Source of the DNA: Oligoflexales bacterium
GTDB lineage: Bacteria > Bdellovibrionota_B > Oligoflexia > Oligoflexales > RGVZ01
Direction of reading: 5' to 3'
Assembly (NCBI GenBank): GCA_947494335.1
Contig: CANLUT010000001.1
Coordinates: 537,649 to 601,648 of the forward strand
Length of the DNA: 64,000 bases
Below, piece by piece: positions 17,497-26,910 of this stretch; the first letter of the stretch is position 1, and each line of letters starts with the position of its first letter. A model generated the notes under the pieces. The model saw only the letters and a list, made by a program, of their open reading frames with translations. It searched no databases and was not told the origin of the DNA. Made by a program: the position numbers and the translations under genes.

Positions 17497-17529
17497 AAAT
17501 CCCTCGCCGTCGCTGGCGAGGGATTTTTT
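17497..17529 (+). terminator. rho-independent terminator of ubiE
   Basis: 12-bp stem aaatccctcgcc / ggcgagggattt, 6-nt loop, then a T-run ending at 17529. Confidence 0.85.
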
Positions 17530-17564
17530 ATGCTATGGTTGTGACTGAAGTGGTCGAGACTCCA

Positions 17565-18740
17565 TTAGAGGTCGTTACGCTTTAGCTTTGTCCAAGCGGC
17601 GTCGCGGCAGCTCCCATCTTGATCACAGCAGTAAACGATACACGCATTTATCATTTCTGAATCCTGAGCGGTTGTTGCAACTCTTTGACAATAGTTACGG
17701 TCAGACTCTACGGGAAAGATGCTTTCCATATTCGCCTGCATATAGTTCATGCCTCGCCCCTTATTGCCGCAATAGAGTGCGCACATGTAAGAGCGGGTGT
17801 TGTAGAACTCACCTGGACCATTGTTGTAAAGATGGATGCCGAACTTTGCCATACAAGCCCTGACGCCAGAATAGTCGTCTTGAACGGGGATTGCTGAATT
17901 GACAAAGTTATCACGTTGACTATCCAGCCTGTCTCGGCCCTCATAGTAGCTTTGGATATCTTGGGCTAAGCATGCAGAGTTCGCGTAAAGTACGTAGCCG
18001 CCATAAGCTAGGTCGACACCGCAATTTGTCAATGTCAGTGCGATTTCCAATGAAGAAGCTATGCTCTCGACGCCCTTTGAAAGTTGGACCAAGCTCTTTG
18101 ATCTCTCGCCTGCTAACCATTGCGAGCATTCGGCTAATGTTCCCATTCTCTCGATGATCGCTTTAACGCTTGATAGACCCAAACCGCCCAGCGATTGGAT
18201 GCCTTGGATGCTGAGTTGACTTTGTCCCCGTAAATTTGATGCGACACCAGCAAGTGATACCAAATCCTTGACAGCCTCATAATTGCCGTCAAGACAACGG
18301 TACATCGCTTTACGTTTGATCTGTTTACCAAACTCAGTCTGACCGATAACTCCCTGGGTTGAAGTCACAATGGTTGACGTGTCACTTGCAAGATTTTGCA
18401 AGTCAATTGGCATGACACCGCCACTGCTCACAAACTCATTGATCTCATTAAATAGATCGTAACCCGCTGCAGAAGCATCGTAGACGTCTTTAATACCTTT
18501 TGCGATATTTGCAACGTCCGTGACAATTCCACCACCTGCAAGTTTACCGGCAGACTTGAGCGAGTTATATGCGCATTGGAAAGCTTTTTGACTCGCTGCA
18601 TCCGACGCTGCGCCACTGCTCTGGAGATCGCAACTAAAGCCCTCAGACTTAACGGCAGAAGCTACTGGGGTCGAGCTCTTACAGGAAACAATCCCAAGGG
18701 ATGCTATGAATAAAGTGGTCGCAGGCATGCTCCATTTCAT
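17565..18740 (-). CDS. Cys-rich lipoprotein, unknown family
   Basis: ATG 18740 lies 7 nt after AAGGAGA. Lipobox LGIVSCKSS. About 20 Cys, clustered in the C-terminal third. Confidence 0.7.
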   Translation of the reverse strand: MKWSMPATTLFIASLGIVSCKSSTPVASAVKSEGFSCDLQSSGAASDAASQKAFQCAYNSLKSAGKLAGGGIVTDVANIAKGIKDVYDASAAGYDLFNEINEFVSSGGVMPIDLQNLASDTSTIVTSTQGVIGQTEFGKQIKRKAMYRCLDGNYEAVKDLVSLAGVASNLRGQSQLSIQGIQSLGGLGLSSVKAIIERMGTLAECSQWLAGERSKSLVQLSKGVESIASSLEIALTLTNCGVDLAYGGYVLYANSACLAQDIQSYYEGRDRLDSQRDNFVNSAIPVQDDYSGVRACMAKFGIHLYNNGPGEFYNTRSYMCALYCGNKGRGMNYMQANMESIFPVESDRNYCQRVATTAQDSEMINACIVYCCDQDGSCRDAAWTKLKRNDL

Positions 18741-19032
18741 ATCGATGTCTCCTTTCAAAAAGTCAGTAGGTTGTGATCGACACTTTTGGAGCAGAGTTTG
18801 ATATTATTTTTTAAATTACTGAATTTATTAGATTTTTTGAGCTCATTTACCCCAATTTCCGATGGCCTCCCCCACAAATCTTGCCTCTGTAACTCGCGAT
18901 TCTAGTTACGTCCATAAATCCTCGGTGCCCTCGGGGTTGGTAAAACCCCCTGTAATATTCGTTAAATAGAACATAAAATGGTTAATATGACGTGGTAAAA
19001 ACTTACTATTATCAAAATTTTATTAAAATATA

Positions 19033-19062
19033 TTGACTTTTAATAAGTCACTAAGTTATAAG
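19033..19062 (+). promoter_or_regulatory. sigma70-type promoter candidate for the 19112 gene
   Basis: TTGACT (19033-19038), an 18-nt spacer, then TATAAG (19057-19062), within an AT-rich intergenic region. Confidence 0.4.
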
Positions 19063-19111
19063 GCGCCGGTTGATGAAAATTTACTCAATACTCGCAAAAA
19101 GGAGATCAGCA

Positions 19112-20458
19112 ATGATCAACAGAGCTAAGAGTTTGTACTGCGCGGCATTGGTCGCAGGTTTGATTGTCGGTTGCGGCAAAGCCAAGAAAGAAACTGTATA
19201 CGTGGCCCAGCCTCCAACAAACGGGCAGCCGAACAACACTCAAAATCTCCCAAGTGACCCAGCATCCCAGACTGATTTGCTTGCGGTCGAGATCACCAAC
19301 TTTTCCCAGGTGAGTGGCCAGAGCGTTCAGAATGGCGCGCAAATTCAATTTGCTTTGAAGAGTTCCGCAAGTCAGGTGTCTGGCATCCAGTACAAGTGCT
19401 CTCTTGAGCAAACCGGATCACTTGGCACGAATACAGCACAAGCGTGTACCTCTCCTTACACCGTAAGACCTCAAACGGATGGTCAGTACACGTTTACCGT
19501 GTATGCAGTCCACAATTCGTCTGGTGCTGTTGGTAACGCATCACAAGTGACATTCGCTGTTGGCGTAGCTTATCCAGGCAACGGTGGTGGCGGCTATCCA
19601 GGCAACGGTGGCGCAGGAACAAACACTCAAGGAAATCAAAGCTACCAAGTGGGCGATCTTCTGATGGTGAACGTACCTTACGGTATGCACATGGTTTATC
19701 ATTCACAGTTTCTCGGTTCCGGGTTCCCAAGATTCCGGATTATCGACGGTTCGATGAATGACTCCGCTGCTCCATATCCAATTTACTGCCGCGCGCAGCA
19801 AACTGGTGAGCGCCTGATTCAAGATCGCACGCTGACGGGCATGCCTGTGAACTACTGTGAAATGTCCCAGTTCATCAATCCAAACGCTCCTGGTAGCCCT
19901 ATGGAAAACCAGTTCCGCTGGATGAATATGAACACTATGGCTTACAACAGCTTTGCGATGTCGTCGGATGCGACTCTCGGACGTGGAAGCCTTGCTCGTC
20001 TCGACAACGAGTCTCTAGCCGGCATGTACGTGAACGTATTTACAAACATGACAGGTCGTCCTTTAACGCAAGCTCAGGCGCCGTTTACAAACGAGTTTAG
20101 CCAAACTGTCAGTCGATTGCAGATGAACTGTGGTTCTGAGCCGATTCGCTACATCGGAACTGCACCAATCTGGCAAGGTTACTTCAATGGTACGATTGCG
20201 GTGAATCCAATGTTCGGTTGTACCCACGCGCGTGATGGTAAGTGGTTCGTAAGTATCGGTTCCTTCCCAATGGATCGCTACATCCCGACGTCTCCAACAT
20301 GTGACTGGAACTGCTGGTCTAGACAGAACTTCACGAACGTTCGCGCGGCTGAAATCGTCGTTGAGTACGGTCCTTATGAAGTGCAGCAAGATCCAGTGCC
20401 ATACGCTCGCAAAGCTCAAGACACAATGCTTGGCAACCTGAGAAAGCTGTCGCGTTAA
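19112..20458 (+). CDS. lipoprotein, unknown family
   Basis: ATG 19112 after AAAGGAGA. Lipobox LIVGCGK. Internal YPGNGGGGYPGNGGAG repeat. Confidence 0.7.
   Translation: MINRAKSLYCAALVAGLIVGCGKAKKETVYVAQPPTNGQPNNTQNLPSDPASQTDLLAVEITNFSQVSGQSVQNGAQIQFALKSSASQVSGIQYKCSLEQTGSLGTNTAQACTSPYTVRPQTDGQYTFTVYAVHNSSGAVGNASQVTFAVGVAYPGNGGGGYPGNGGAGTNTQGNQSYQVGDLLMVNVPYGMHMVYHSQFLGSGFPRFRIIDGSMNDSAAPYPIYCRAQQTGERLIQDRTLTGMPVNYCEMSQFINPNAPGSPMENQFRWMNMNTMAYNSFAMSSDATLGRGSLARLDNESLAGMYVNVFTNMTGRPLTQAQAPFTNEFSQTVSRLQMNCGSEPIRYIGTAPIWQGYFNGTIAVNPMFGCTHARDGKWFVSIGSFPMDRYIPTSPTCDWNCWSRQNFTNVRAAEIVVEYGPYEVQQDPVPYARKAQDTMLGNLRKLSR
19571..19618 (+). repeat. two-copy 24-bp tandem repeat inside a CDS
   Basis: tatccaggcaacggtggtggcggc followed by tatccaggcaacggtggcgcagga. 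The first 17 nt are identical. Encodes YPGNGGGG/YPGNGGAG. Confidence 0.7.
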
Positions 20459-20467
20459 ATTGTCTCA

Positions 20468-20539
20468 AACGTGTGTGACACCGAATCACACACGTTCTCA
20501 CTCAACAACCCCCGGGCACAAAAGTGCTTGGGGGTTTTT
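20468..20539 (+). terminator. tandem hairpins; the second is a rho-independent terminator
   Basis: Perfect 11-bp stem aacgtgtgtga/tcacacacgtt (20468-20496). Then cccccgggcac/gtgcttggggg (20509-20534, two G-U pairs) followed by ttttt. Confidence 0.75.
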
Positions 20540-22349
20540 ATTTGTCATCTTCAGTTGATTGCGCCTGAATGCTAGTAGCGCCTAGAGACACTAATTCAAA
20601 GTAGCGTCCGCGTTTTGCCTCTAATTGAGCTGGCGAGCCTGCCTCGACCACGCGCCCCTGTTCGAGAACCAAAACTTTATCGCAGCGCTTGATGGTTTCC
20701 AAGCGGTGTGCAATGACAATCACGGTCCTGCCCTTGAGTAGTTTCTGAGTGGCATTTTGAATCAAAGCTTCGGAATGAGGATCGATACTGCTGGTCGCCT
20801 CATCTAGAATCAGAATCGGTGGTTTGCCGAGCAGGGCGCGAGCAAATACGATGAGTTGACGCTGTCCATGGCTTAAGTTGGCGCCGTGCTCGCGAAGGTT
20901 AAAGTAATAAGTTCCAGGAAGCTGCTCAATAAAGGCATCGGCACCGACGAGACGGCAGGCCTCACGTACCTCACTGTCGGATATGTTCTCGCGACCAAGA
21001 CAGATATTAAATCTAATAGATCCCTCAAACAGAACAATATCTTGGGGTACAATTCCCAGATGAGTGCGAACACTTGTGGGGCTTAGTTCTGCAATAGAGT
21101 CGTTATTAACGAATATATCTCCTGAAAAGCCTGCATAAAGTTTGGCGATCAGCTTAACGATGGTCGACTTGCCACTTCCCGTTGATCCGATGATTGCCAG
21201 CGAGGAGCCTGAGGGTGCCTCGAACGTTACGTTGTGCAGGACATTGGCACTGGCTTTGCCGTAAGTGAACGATACGTTTTCAAAGCGGATGCTTGCGGCA
21301 TCTGGCCAATGAGCTTGTTTGTTTCCGGGAACGAAATCGCTACGGTCAAGGAGTCCAAAAATCCTCTGGATCGATGTGAATGCACCTTGGAGCATGGCCA
21401 TTTTGGTTCCGAGCATCTTTAAAGGCTCAAACAGTTGCTGAACATATTGAACAAAGGCAACCATCACCCCTGCTGTTAGAGTTTCTTCAAGGGCCGATCC
21501 TGATGTAAGGCCGGTGGTCTTGATGGCGATGAATAATACAATTCCAAGTGTAATGGACGAGATCCCATCAATAGTAGAAAACATCAGAGCATCGTAGTAA
21601 ACGTTTTCCAACTGGGCGTCGCGAAACTTTTTATTCAATCTTGAAAAGCGAGATGACACTCCAGGCTCTGCATTAAGTAACTTAACCGCGTTAACGCTGG
21701 TCAATGCCTCTTGGGCAAAGCCGTTAAGTTCGGCCAGGTTTTTGCGAGACTCCAACATGGATTCGTTCAATTTTTTTGAAAACCATATGACGATCCATGT
21801 GATGATCGGGAGAATAATTAGCGCGACAACGGCAAGTTGTGGGGATAAGACGAACATACCGACGACGCAGCCAGCCAACACCATCAAATCAATGATGCTT
21901 GAAAGTACGCCTTGATTCAGCGATTCGCTCAAGGTGTCAAAATCACTCGTAGCACGGGTTGCCAAAGCGCCGCTGATTTGATGGTCATGCCAGGACGGAG
22001 CGAGATCGAGGACGTGTTTGACGAGTGCTGTTCTGAGATCTCGAATCATCTTGTGAACAGCTGTTGAGGTTGTCAGCGACTGTATACCAGCAAAAATGTA
22101 GCTTGTTAGGGATAGTCCAAGACATGCGGATGCCCACATCAAAGTGACTGCAAAATCTCCCTTTAGAATACCGTGATCGATGGCCCGTTGAACAGTTAGT
22201 GGTTGGACCATGGAAATGATGGCGACACAGGGCATCATGGAAGCGCCGATAAAGACCAGTTTTTTATTTGGCCTAAGCCAAGGCCATAGCTTTACCAATG
22301 AACCAAAAGAGAAGGCGCTGTGCATCTGTTTGTCCGCAGCTGTCTTCAT
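20538..22349 (-). CDS. ABC exporter half-transporter (TMD-NBD), consensus-site subunit
   Basis: Walker A GSTGSGKST and Walker B ILILDEATS with the catalytic Glu. The signature is non-canonical, LSHGQRQ. ATGA overlap with the upstream gene. Confidence 0.9.
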   Translation of the reverse strand: MKTAADKQMHSAFSFGSLVKLWPWLRPNKKLVFIGASMMPCVAIISMVQPLTVQRAIDHGILKGDFAVTLMWASACLGLSLTSYIFAGIQSLTTSTAVHKMIRDLRTALVKHVLDLAPSWHDHQISGALATRATSDFDTLSESLNQGVLSSIIDLMVLAGCVVGMFVLSPQLAVVALIILPIITWIVIWFSKKLNESMLESRKNLAELNGFAQEALTSVNAVKLLNAEPGVSSRFSRLNKKFRDAQLENVYYDALMFSTIDGISSITLGIVLFIAIKTTGLTSGSALEETLTAGVMVAFVQYVQQLFEPLKMLGTKMAMLQGAFTSIQRIFGLLDRSDFVPGNKQAHWPDAASIRFENVSFTYGKASANVLHNVTFEAPSGSSLAIIGSTGSGKSTIVKLIAKLYAGFSGDIFVNNDSIAELSPTSVRTHLGIVPQDIVLFEGSIRFNICLGRENISDSEVREACRLVGADAFIEQLPGTYYFNLREHGANLSHGQRQLIVFARALLGKPPILILDEATSSIDPHSEALIQNATQKLLKGRTVIVIAHRLETIKRCDKVLVLEQGRVVEAGSPAQLEAKRGRYFELVSLGATSIQAQSTEDDK

Positions 22350-24112
22350 TGGCGAACCTCTGGTTGATTGGTTGACGCTTTATTTAAGGGCTTCGCATCG
22401 GACTCTTCAAGCGATATCGTCTCTATGAGAGATCGTACGTCACCGTAGCTGCCTGATCCAATAATTCGCCCATCGCGCATCACCAAAACCTTGTCGCATG
22501 GCTCAAGAATGCTGACACGGTGCGACGCAATAAGAAGTGCCGACTTTGTCTCCAATAAGCTATGGATTAGGCGATGCTCAGTATCATGATCAACCGCCGA
22601 CAACACATCATCGAGAATGATCATTTCAGCTGGCCTAAGTAATAATCGCGCGAGTGCTAATCGCTGCTTCTGGCCTCCAGAAAGCTTAATTCCCTTTTCG
22701 CCGATTGGGGTGTCCCAAGTCTCTGGAAGGCGCATGATGTCATCGTAAACCTGTGCCATGCGTGTTGCTTTTTCAAGGCGTTCAGTAGAAGTGCTTTCAT
22801 CAGGGAGTCCAAGGCAGAGGTTAGAGCGTACGCTTTCGCTGAATAGAAGTGGTTGCTGGAGCCCGTATGCGATTGAGCGTCGAACGTCTGAGGGAGGCAT
22901 TGTCAGGATACTTTTCCCGTTTAATAGGACCTCGCCTTGGCTGTGATCAATGAGCCGGGTGATGATGTTGAAAAGTGTTGATTTGCCGCATCCGATATTT
23001 CCAAAAATGCCAACGCGCTCTCCCGGTATCACCGTAAAAGAAATCTCGGATAGGCACGGGCGTCCATCTGGCCACGCAAAAGAGAGATTTTTAACCGCTA
23101 ACATAGCTTTTGTTGGAATTTGATCTGAGATTTCTTGAAGATTTTTTGCATGCTCTGGACTAAGTCCTGAGAGATCTTCCAGACGTTCAGACGCTGGTTT
23201 GGCGCGTTGATAGACGTTTAAAATTATTCCAAGGCTTGCGAATGGAAATGTCAGCATGCCAATGTATATGTTGAACGCCATAATATCGCCGACTGAGAGT
23301 TGGCCGGCGATAATTTGCCTACCGCCCCAAGCTAGAGTCGCAAACTGACTAAGGCCAATCAGAATCGTCATGACAGGCCAAATCAATGTTCTAATCCAGA
23401 CTGTGCGAATATTTGCTTCGTAAATAGCCTCAGTGTCAGGTCTGGTTCGGCTAATCATCGCCGATTGAGCATTCATGACCTGAATCATGTGAGCTTGGGC
23501 AAACGTTTCAGAGATTTTTCCAGTTAGACGCCCCATAGCCTCAGTGCTCTCGCGCATGGCTTTATAAAGTCGCGGCATCATGACCTTGGTCAAAAGCAGC
23601 ATGGGGATCATGGGAAAAATGGCCAAAATCGTTAGCACGGGGTCGATGCTGGCCATCTTTGTCACGGTGAATATTGATATGAAAATAACGTTGAGGGCCT
23701 GCAAGGCACCAAATGCGAAAAATATTCGAAGTTGGGTGACGTCGTTATTAAGCCGGGAGGTCAGGTCTCCAATTGAAAACGGCGCAAGAAGGCTCATGGG
23801 GACGCGTAGAATGTGAGTGAACACGTCATCTTTTATACTAGCTTCAAGGGTGCGGCCTGGCCAGAAGATGAGCATGCGGGACGCCGTACGGATCAATACT
23901 TGCGTAAGTCCTAGTCCGATAATGACTAATGATAGCGTTGTGTATGTACTTAGGGAGTTTCCGGTTGCTAATGCATTTATTATCTCTTTAGCGAGCTGTG
24001 GAATTTCCAGCACGATAATATTCGTTACGATCAGTGCCAGGGTTCCGCCTAGGTACCAACGCCATTGGGGTGCCGCATATTTTTTTCCAAGGCGCTGAAG
24101 CGGGGTGCTCAT
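22346..24112 (-). CDS. ABC exporter half-transporter (TMD-NBD), degenerate-site subunit
   Basis: Walker A GNIGCGKST and canonical signature LSGGQKQR. Walker B is MIILDDVLS, with Asp in place of the catalytic Glu. ATGA overlaps at both ends. Confidence 0.9.
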   Translation of the reverse strand: MSTPLQRLGKKYAAPQWRWYLGGTLALIVTNIIVLEIPQLAKEIINALATGNSLSTYTTLSLVIIGLGLTQVLIRTASRMLIFWPGRTLEASIKDDVFTHILRVPMSLLAPFSIGDLTSRLNNDVTQLRIFFAFGALQALNVIFISIFTVTKMASIDPVLTILAIFPMIPMLLLTKVMMPRLYKAMRESTEAMGRLTGKISETFAQAHMIQVMNAQSAMISRTRPDTEAIYEANIRTVWIRTLIWPVMTILIGLSQFATLAWGGRQIIAGQLSVGDIMAFNIYIGMLTFPFASLGIILNVYQRAKPASERLEDLSGLSPEHAKNLQEISDQIPTKAMLAVKNLSFAWPDGRPCLSEISFTVIPGERVGIFGNIGCGKSTLFNIITRLIDHSQGEVLLNGKSILTMPPSDVRRSIAYGLQQPLLFSESVRSNLCLGLPDESTSTERLEKATRMAQVYDDIMRLPETWDTPIGEKGIKLSGGQKQRLALARLLLRPAEMIILDDVLSAVDHDTEHRLIHSLLETKSALLIASHRVSILEPCDKVLVMRDGRIIGSGSYGDVRSLIETISLEESDAKPLNKASTNQPEVRQ

Positions 24113-24825
24113 TGGTTGCCGCCGAAAAATCTTTGCTCAATCAGCGCTGCTCTCTCCGTTAAGCTGGCACTGGGCCAGGCATTTAGGTCACTTAGCTGTC
24201 CAGCTTCGAGGAGAATCGCGCGTGGACAAATCTGCGCCGCAAGTAACGGGGTATGAATGCTGACTAAAGTTGTCTTGCCACGTTTGGCGCGCTCGCCAAT
24301 GGTGACTTCGAGAGTTCTGCTGTTTGAGATGTCTAAAGCATTGAATGGCTCGTCTAAAATCAGAACGTCTGGATCATGGATTAGGCTGACAGCCAACCCA
24401 ATTCTTCGCTGCATGCCATGGCTGGCTTTGGCCAAGGGTCGATGGCGCCAGCTAATGGCATCCCATCGCGCAAGCTCACGTTCAACGAGTGCTTCAGGTT
24501 CTGCTAGTCCAAGTAAACGGGCCTCGTAAGACAATATTTCGTCAGCTGTGGTCCATGGAGGTAAGGATGATTCTTGAGGGAGATAGCCGACATGTTTCCT
24601 GAGGTCTGTTGCATCGGGATTCATTTTTTGCCCAAGGATCTTCAGTTCGCCGTCTTGTCTATCGATAGACCCAGATAGTAACTGAAAGAAAGTGCTTTTA
24701 CCGGCGCCATTTTTACCAAATACGGCAATCGTCTCTCCCGGCTCAGCCGTAAAATTAATTGGGCCAAGCGTAAAGCCTGTGCTCCATGAACGTTTGAGGT
24801 TTAATGATTCAATGATATGCGCCAC
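24109..24825 (-). CDS. stand-alone ABC ATPase (ABC-2-like)
   Basis: GKNGAGKST, SHGMQRRIGLA, LILDEPFNALD. GTG 24825 follows GGGAGGA, so I prefer it over the longer ORF-track start. Confidence 0.85.
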   Translation of the reverse strand: MAHIIESLNLKRSWSTGFTLGPINFTAEPGETIAVFGKNGAGKSTFFQLLSGSIDRQDGELKILGQKMNPDATDLRKHVGYLPQESSLPPWTTADEILSYEARLLGLAEPEALVERELARWDAISWRHRPLAKASHGMQRRIGLAVSLIHDPDVLILDEPFNALDISNSRTLEVTIGERAKRGKTTLVSIHTPLLAAQICPRAILLEAGQLSDLNAWPSASLTERAALIEQRFFGGNQ

Positions 24826-25993
24826 GGGCAAATCGTCCTCCCTGGTAGCGGTGTGCTTCTCGGTGTAACAAGAAAGTGAACAGTGCAATAATGGGAGCAG
24901 CAATCACTGCTGACCCAACAAAGACACTGATCAAGGTCATCAATATAATGTTCGTTGCAGGCTTTTTGCCATCAATTTGCATGACAAAAGCAGGGGCTAA
25001 CCAAACAGGGAACGCTGCAAGAAAACCACTGATTAATATTGTTTTCAAAACTTTCTCGTCAAAAACGCCGCCCGTCATCGTCGTCCCGATAAGCGCGGCT
25101 AAGCAAAGACAAACAATCGTGATTGCTAAGGTTTGTATCGCTATACGCGTGAAAATCCTTTGCCAGGACATGATCCATTCGAAGTGTGACACAGCAGCTT
25201 GTCTTTCGATCCAGGCTGTCTTCAAATCATCATCAACAACGAGCGGTACGATCCAAGCCAGTATGATGCCGCCAGATAATGACGCTAGATATGTCAGCTC
25301 CGCTGGCTGCCCTCGGATGATGGCGATCATAGCAAAAATAACAGGTAAGCCTGCTACCAGTCGCAATGTCGATCCTGGTGCAGCGGGTTGGCTAAGGCGC
25401 GCCATCCGCCAAGCCACCAGCGGCGGCAGTCTGTAGTTTACGTTTGATCGATGGGGCGTTAGGTCGTTTTGACGGTTGATCGATGAACGGAAATCGTATC
25501 GCAGCGTATTGATGACCGGTAAGCTCAAGGCCAGCCACCAGTGAGCCCTGGCGAGTCCATCGAGATAGCGATTTAGCAGCATGGCTGAAAGCCACAGTAA
25601 AATCACATTTAAGATGAGAGCAGCTAGACGCCTGAATTTTGCGATCCTGTTGTCTGTGACGCCCCATTGGCTGAGCATGGCCAGCCAGTTGTCTGGTTCG
25701 CGGAGTTTCCTTGCCACGTAGTGTGCAATGATGAAAGAGCTGAAACACAAAGCTGCAGCGTTGAGATAGAAGAGTGAGGACTTCGCTAAGTTGGGGTCAA
25801 CTTCCGGAAGTTTTTCTCTAAAGAAATCTCCAAAAATATAAATAAAAAGTGCAATAACCACCGTTGTTGCGGCTGATGTTGTTAGGAAAGTCGCGGCTGA
25901 TGCCTTCAATCGTCGAACTTCTTGTTGGAGCATGGGCAAAAATGCGTCGATCCAGAAATTCACGTCGTGAGTTTTATGAGTCTTGTTCGTCAC
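24809..25993 (-). CDS. polytopic membrane protein, unknown family (candidate permease partner)
   Basis: 394 aa with about 8-10 hydrophobic segments and no recognisable permease motif. Its stop overlaps the start of the ABC ATPase gene. Confidence 0.7.
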   Translation of the reverse strand: MTNKTHKTHDVNFWIDAFLPMLQQEVRRLKASAATFLTTSAATTVVIALFIYIFGDFFREKLPEVDPNLAKSSLFYLNAAALCFSSFIIAHYVARKLREPDNWLAMLSQWGVTDNRIAKFRRLAALILNVILLWLSAMLLNRYLDGLARAHWWLALSLPVINTLRYDFRSSINRQNDLTPHRSNVNYRLPPLVAWRMARLSQPAAPGSTLRLVAGLPVIFAMIAIIRGQPAELTYLASLSGGIILAWIVPLVVDDDLKTAWIERQAAVSHFEWIMSWQRIFTRIAIQTLAITIVCLCLAALIGTTMTGGVFDEKVLKTILISGFLAAFPVWLAPAFVMQIDGKKPATNIILMTLISVFVGSAVIAAPIIALFTFLLHREAHRYQGGRFARGAYH

Positions 25994-26013
25994 TAACTAT
26001 CACTCCGTTTTGA

Positions 26014-26844
26014 TCAGGTCCCGGGATTCCACCTGAGCGATATTTCAGCTCCGATGCTATCAGAAAATTCTGTAGATTTAAGATCATGATGTAGCGATGT
26101 CGTAACCGTGAACTTAGGTGTCGGATTTACGGAAAAAATGGCACTAGCATATCTGCGCAAAATCCAAGAATCGATGCCTTTGCTTGTCAAGTTGAGCCAT
26201 TCCTGGGTGGTGCCGAATTTAAATGAGAGTGATTCGTTTTCCAGGCCGATAAGAAACTGCTTTGGAGCCTGCAGGTCAATCAAAAGCCCGTCGGCCCCTA
26301 AACGATACCAAGAAATCTCTGGGATTATCAGTGGAGCTTTACTAAAGCGATTTACGTAGTAAATGCCAGCCCATGATCTGGCGTAGTCTGAAGGGCGAAG
26401 CCGTAACCACGGCAAAGGTTTCAAAAGGTTTGCTGTTAAACGGGTCACCGCAGCAGGCTTTGCGTCAAATTGACCAAGACGTGCGATATCAATCCGCCAT
26501 GCGGGATCTCCTTCGGAAGAGTGATGCAAAAATCCAATCCCGAGTCTTTGATCCCGCGCTAGAGTGCGACTGTTATCATCGATGTTATCCAGATAGCGAA
26601 GTGTCGCAAATGGCATAGACATCCCTGCGCGTACGGGAATGGGAATATCAGCCTGGATGAATCGCTCGTCAGTGACGTGGTATGTATTAACGTCGGCAGT
26701 CGTTGTTCTCCATCGCCGAGTACCGACAACGGGTCCAGCCAGTGGCTCAACGGCTCCTGCCATGGACGAGACCATGTACGAGAACAGCAGTGCCACACGC
26801 CAACCAGCGCACATGTTTTGCAGCGAAGAATGTCGCGATTTCAT
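26014..26844 (-). CDS. secreted beta-rich hypothetical protein
   Basis: Signal-like N-terminus ...VALLFSYMVSSMAGAVEP. Alternating beta-strand-like pattern. First gene of the operon, 20 nt upstream of the next gene. Confidence 0.65.
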   Translation of the reverse strand: MKSRHSSLQNMCAGWRVALLFSYMVSSMAGAVEPLAGPVVGTRRWRTTTADVNTYHVTDERFIQADIPIPVRAGMSMPFATLRYLDNIDDNSRTLARDQRLGIGFLHHSSEGDPAWRIDIARLGQFDAKPAAVTRLTANLLKPLPWLRLRPSDYARSWAGIYYVNRFSKAPLIIPEISWYRLGADGLLIDLQAPKQFLIGLENESLSFKFGTTQEWLNLTSKGIDSWILRRYASAIFSVNPTPKFTVTTSLHHDLKSTEFSDSIGAEISLRWNPGT

Positions 26845-26910
26845 AGTCGTCTATGCTACATTGCGAGCGGAAATAATCAATCAACTTCCTTTGTTGCGGG
26901 AGTATCAAGT

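Noticed and set aside
18759-19111. Checked the long AT-rich leader for a c-di-GMP (GEMM) riboswitch, given the PilZ abundance and reports of such RNAs in Bdellovibrio.
   Set aside because: Neither strand has an ACGCAAAGC-type conserved core or a paired GNRA/receptor layout.
24876-25436. 186-aa plus-strand ORF antisense to the polytopic membrane protein gene.
   Set aside because: It is the antisense frame of a hydrophobic-protein gene. It has no RBS or motif, and the minus-strand gene is supported by operon coupling.
26677-26910. Upstream 78 codons of ORF-track entry 26677..27573.
   Set aside because: This part runs antisense through the 5' end of gene 26014-26844. ElbB homology begins exactly at the ATG at 26911 (MKKIAVILNGCG).
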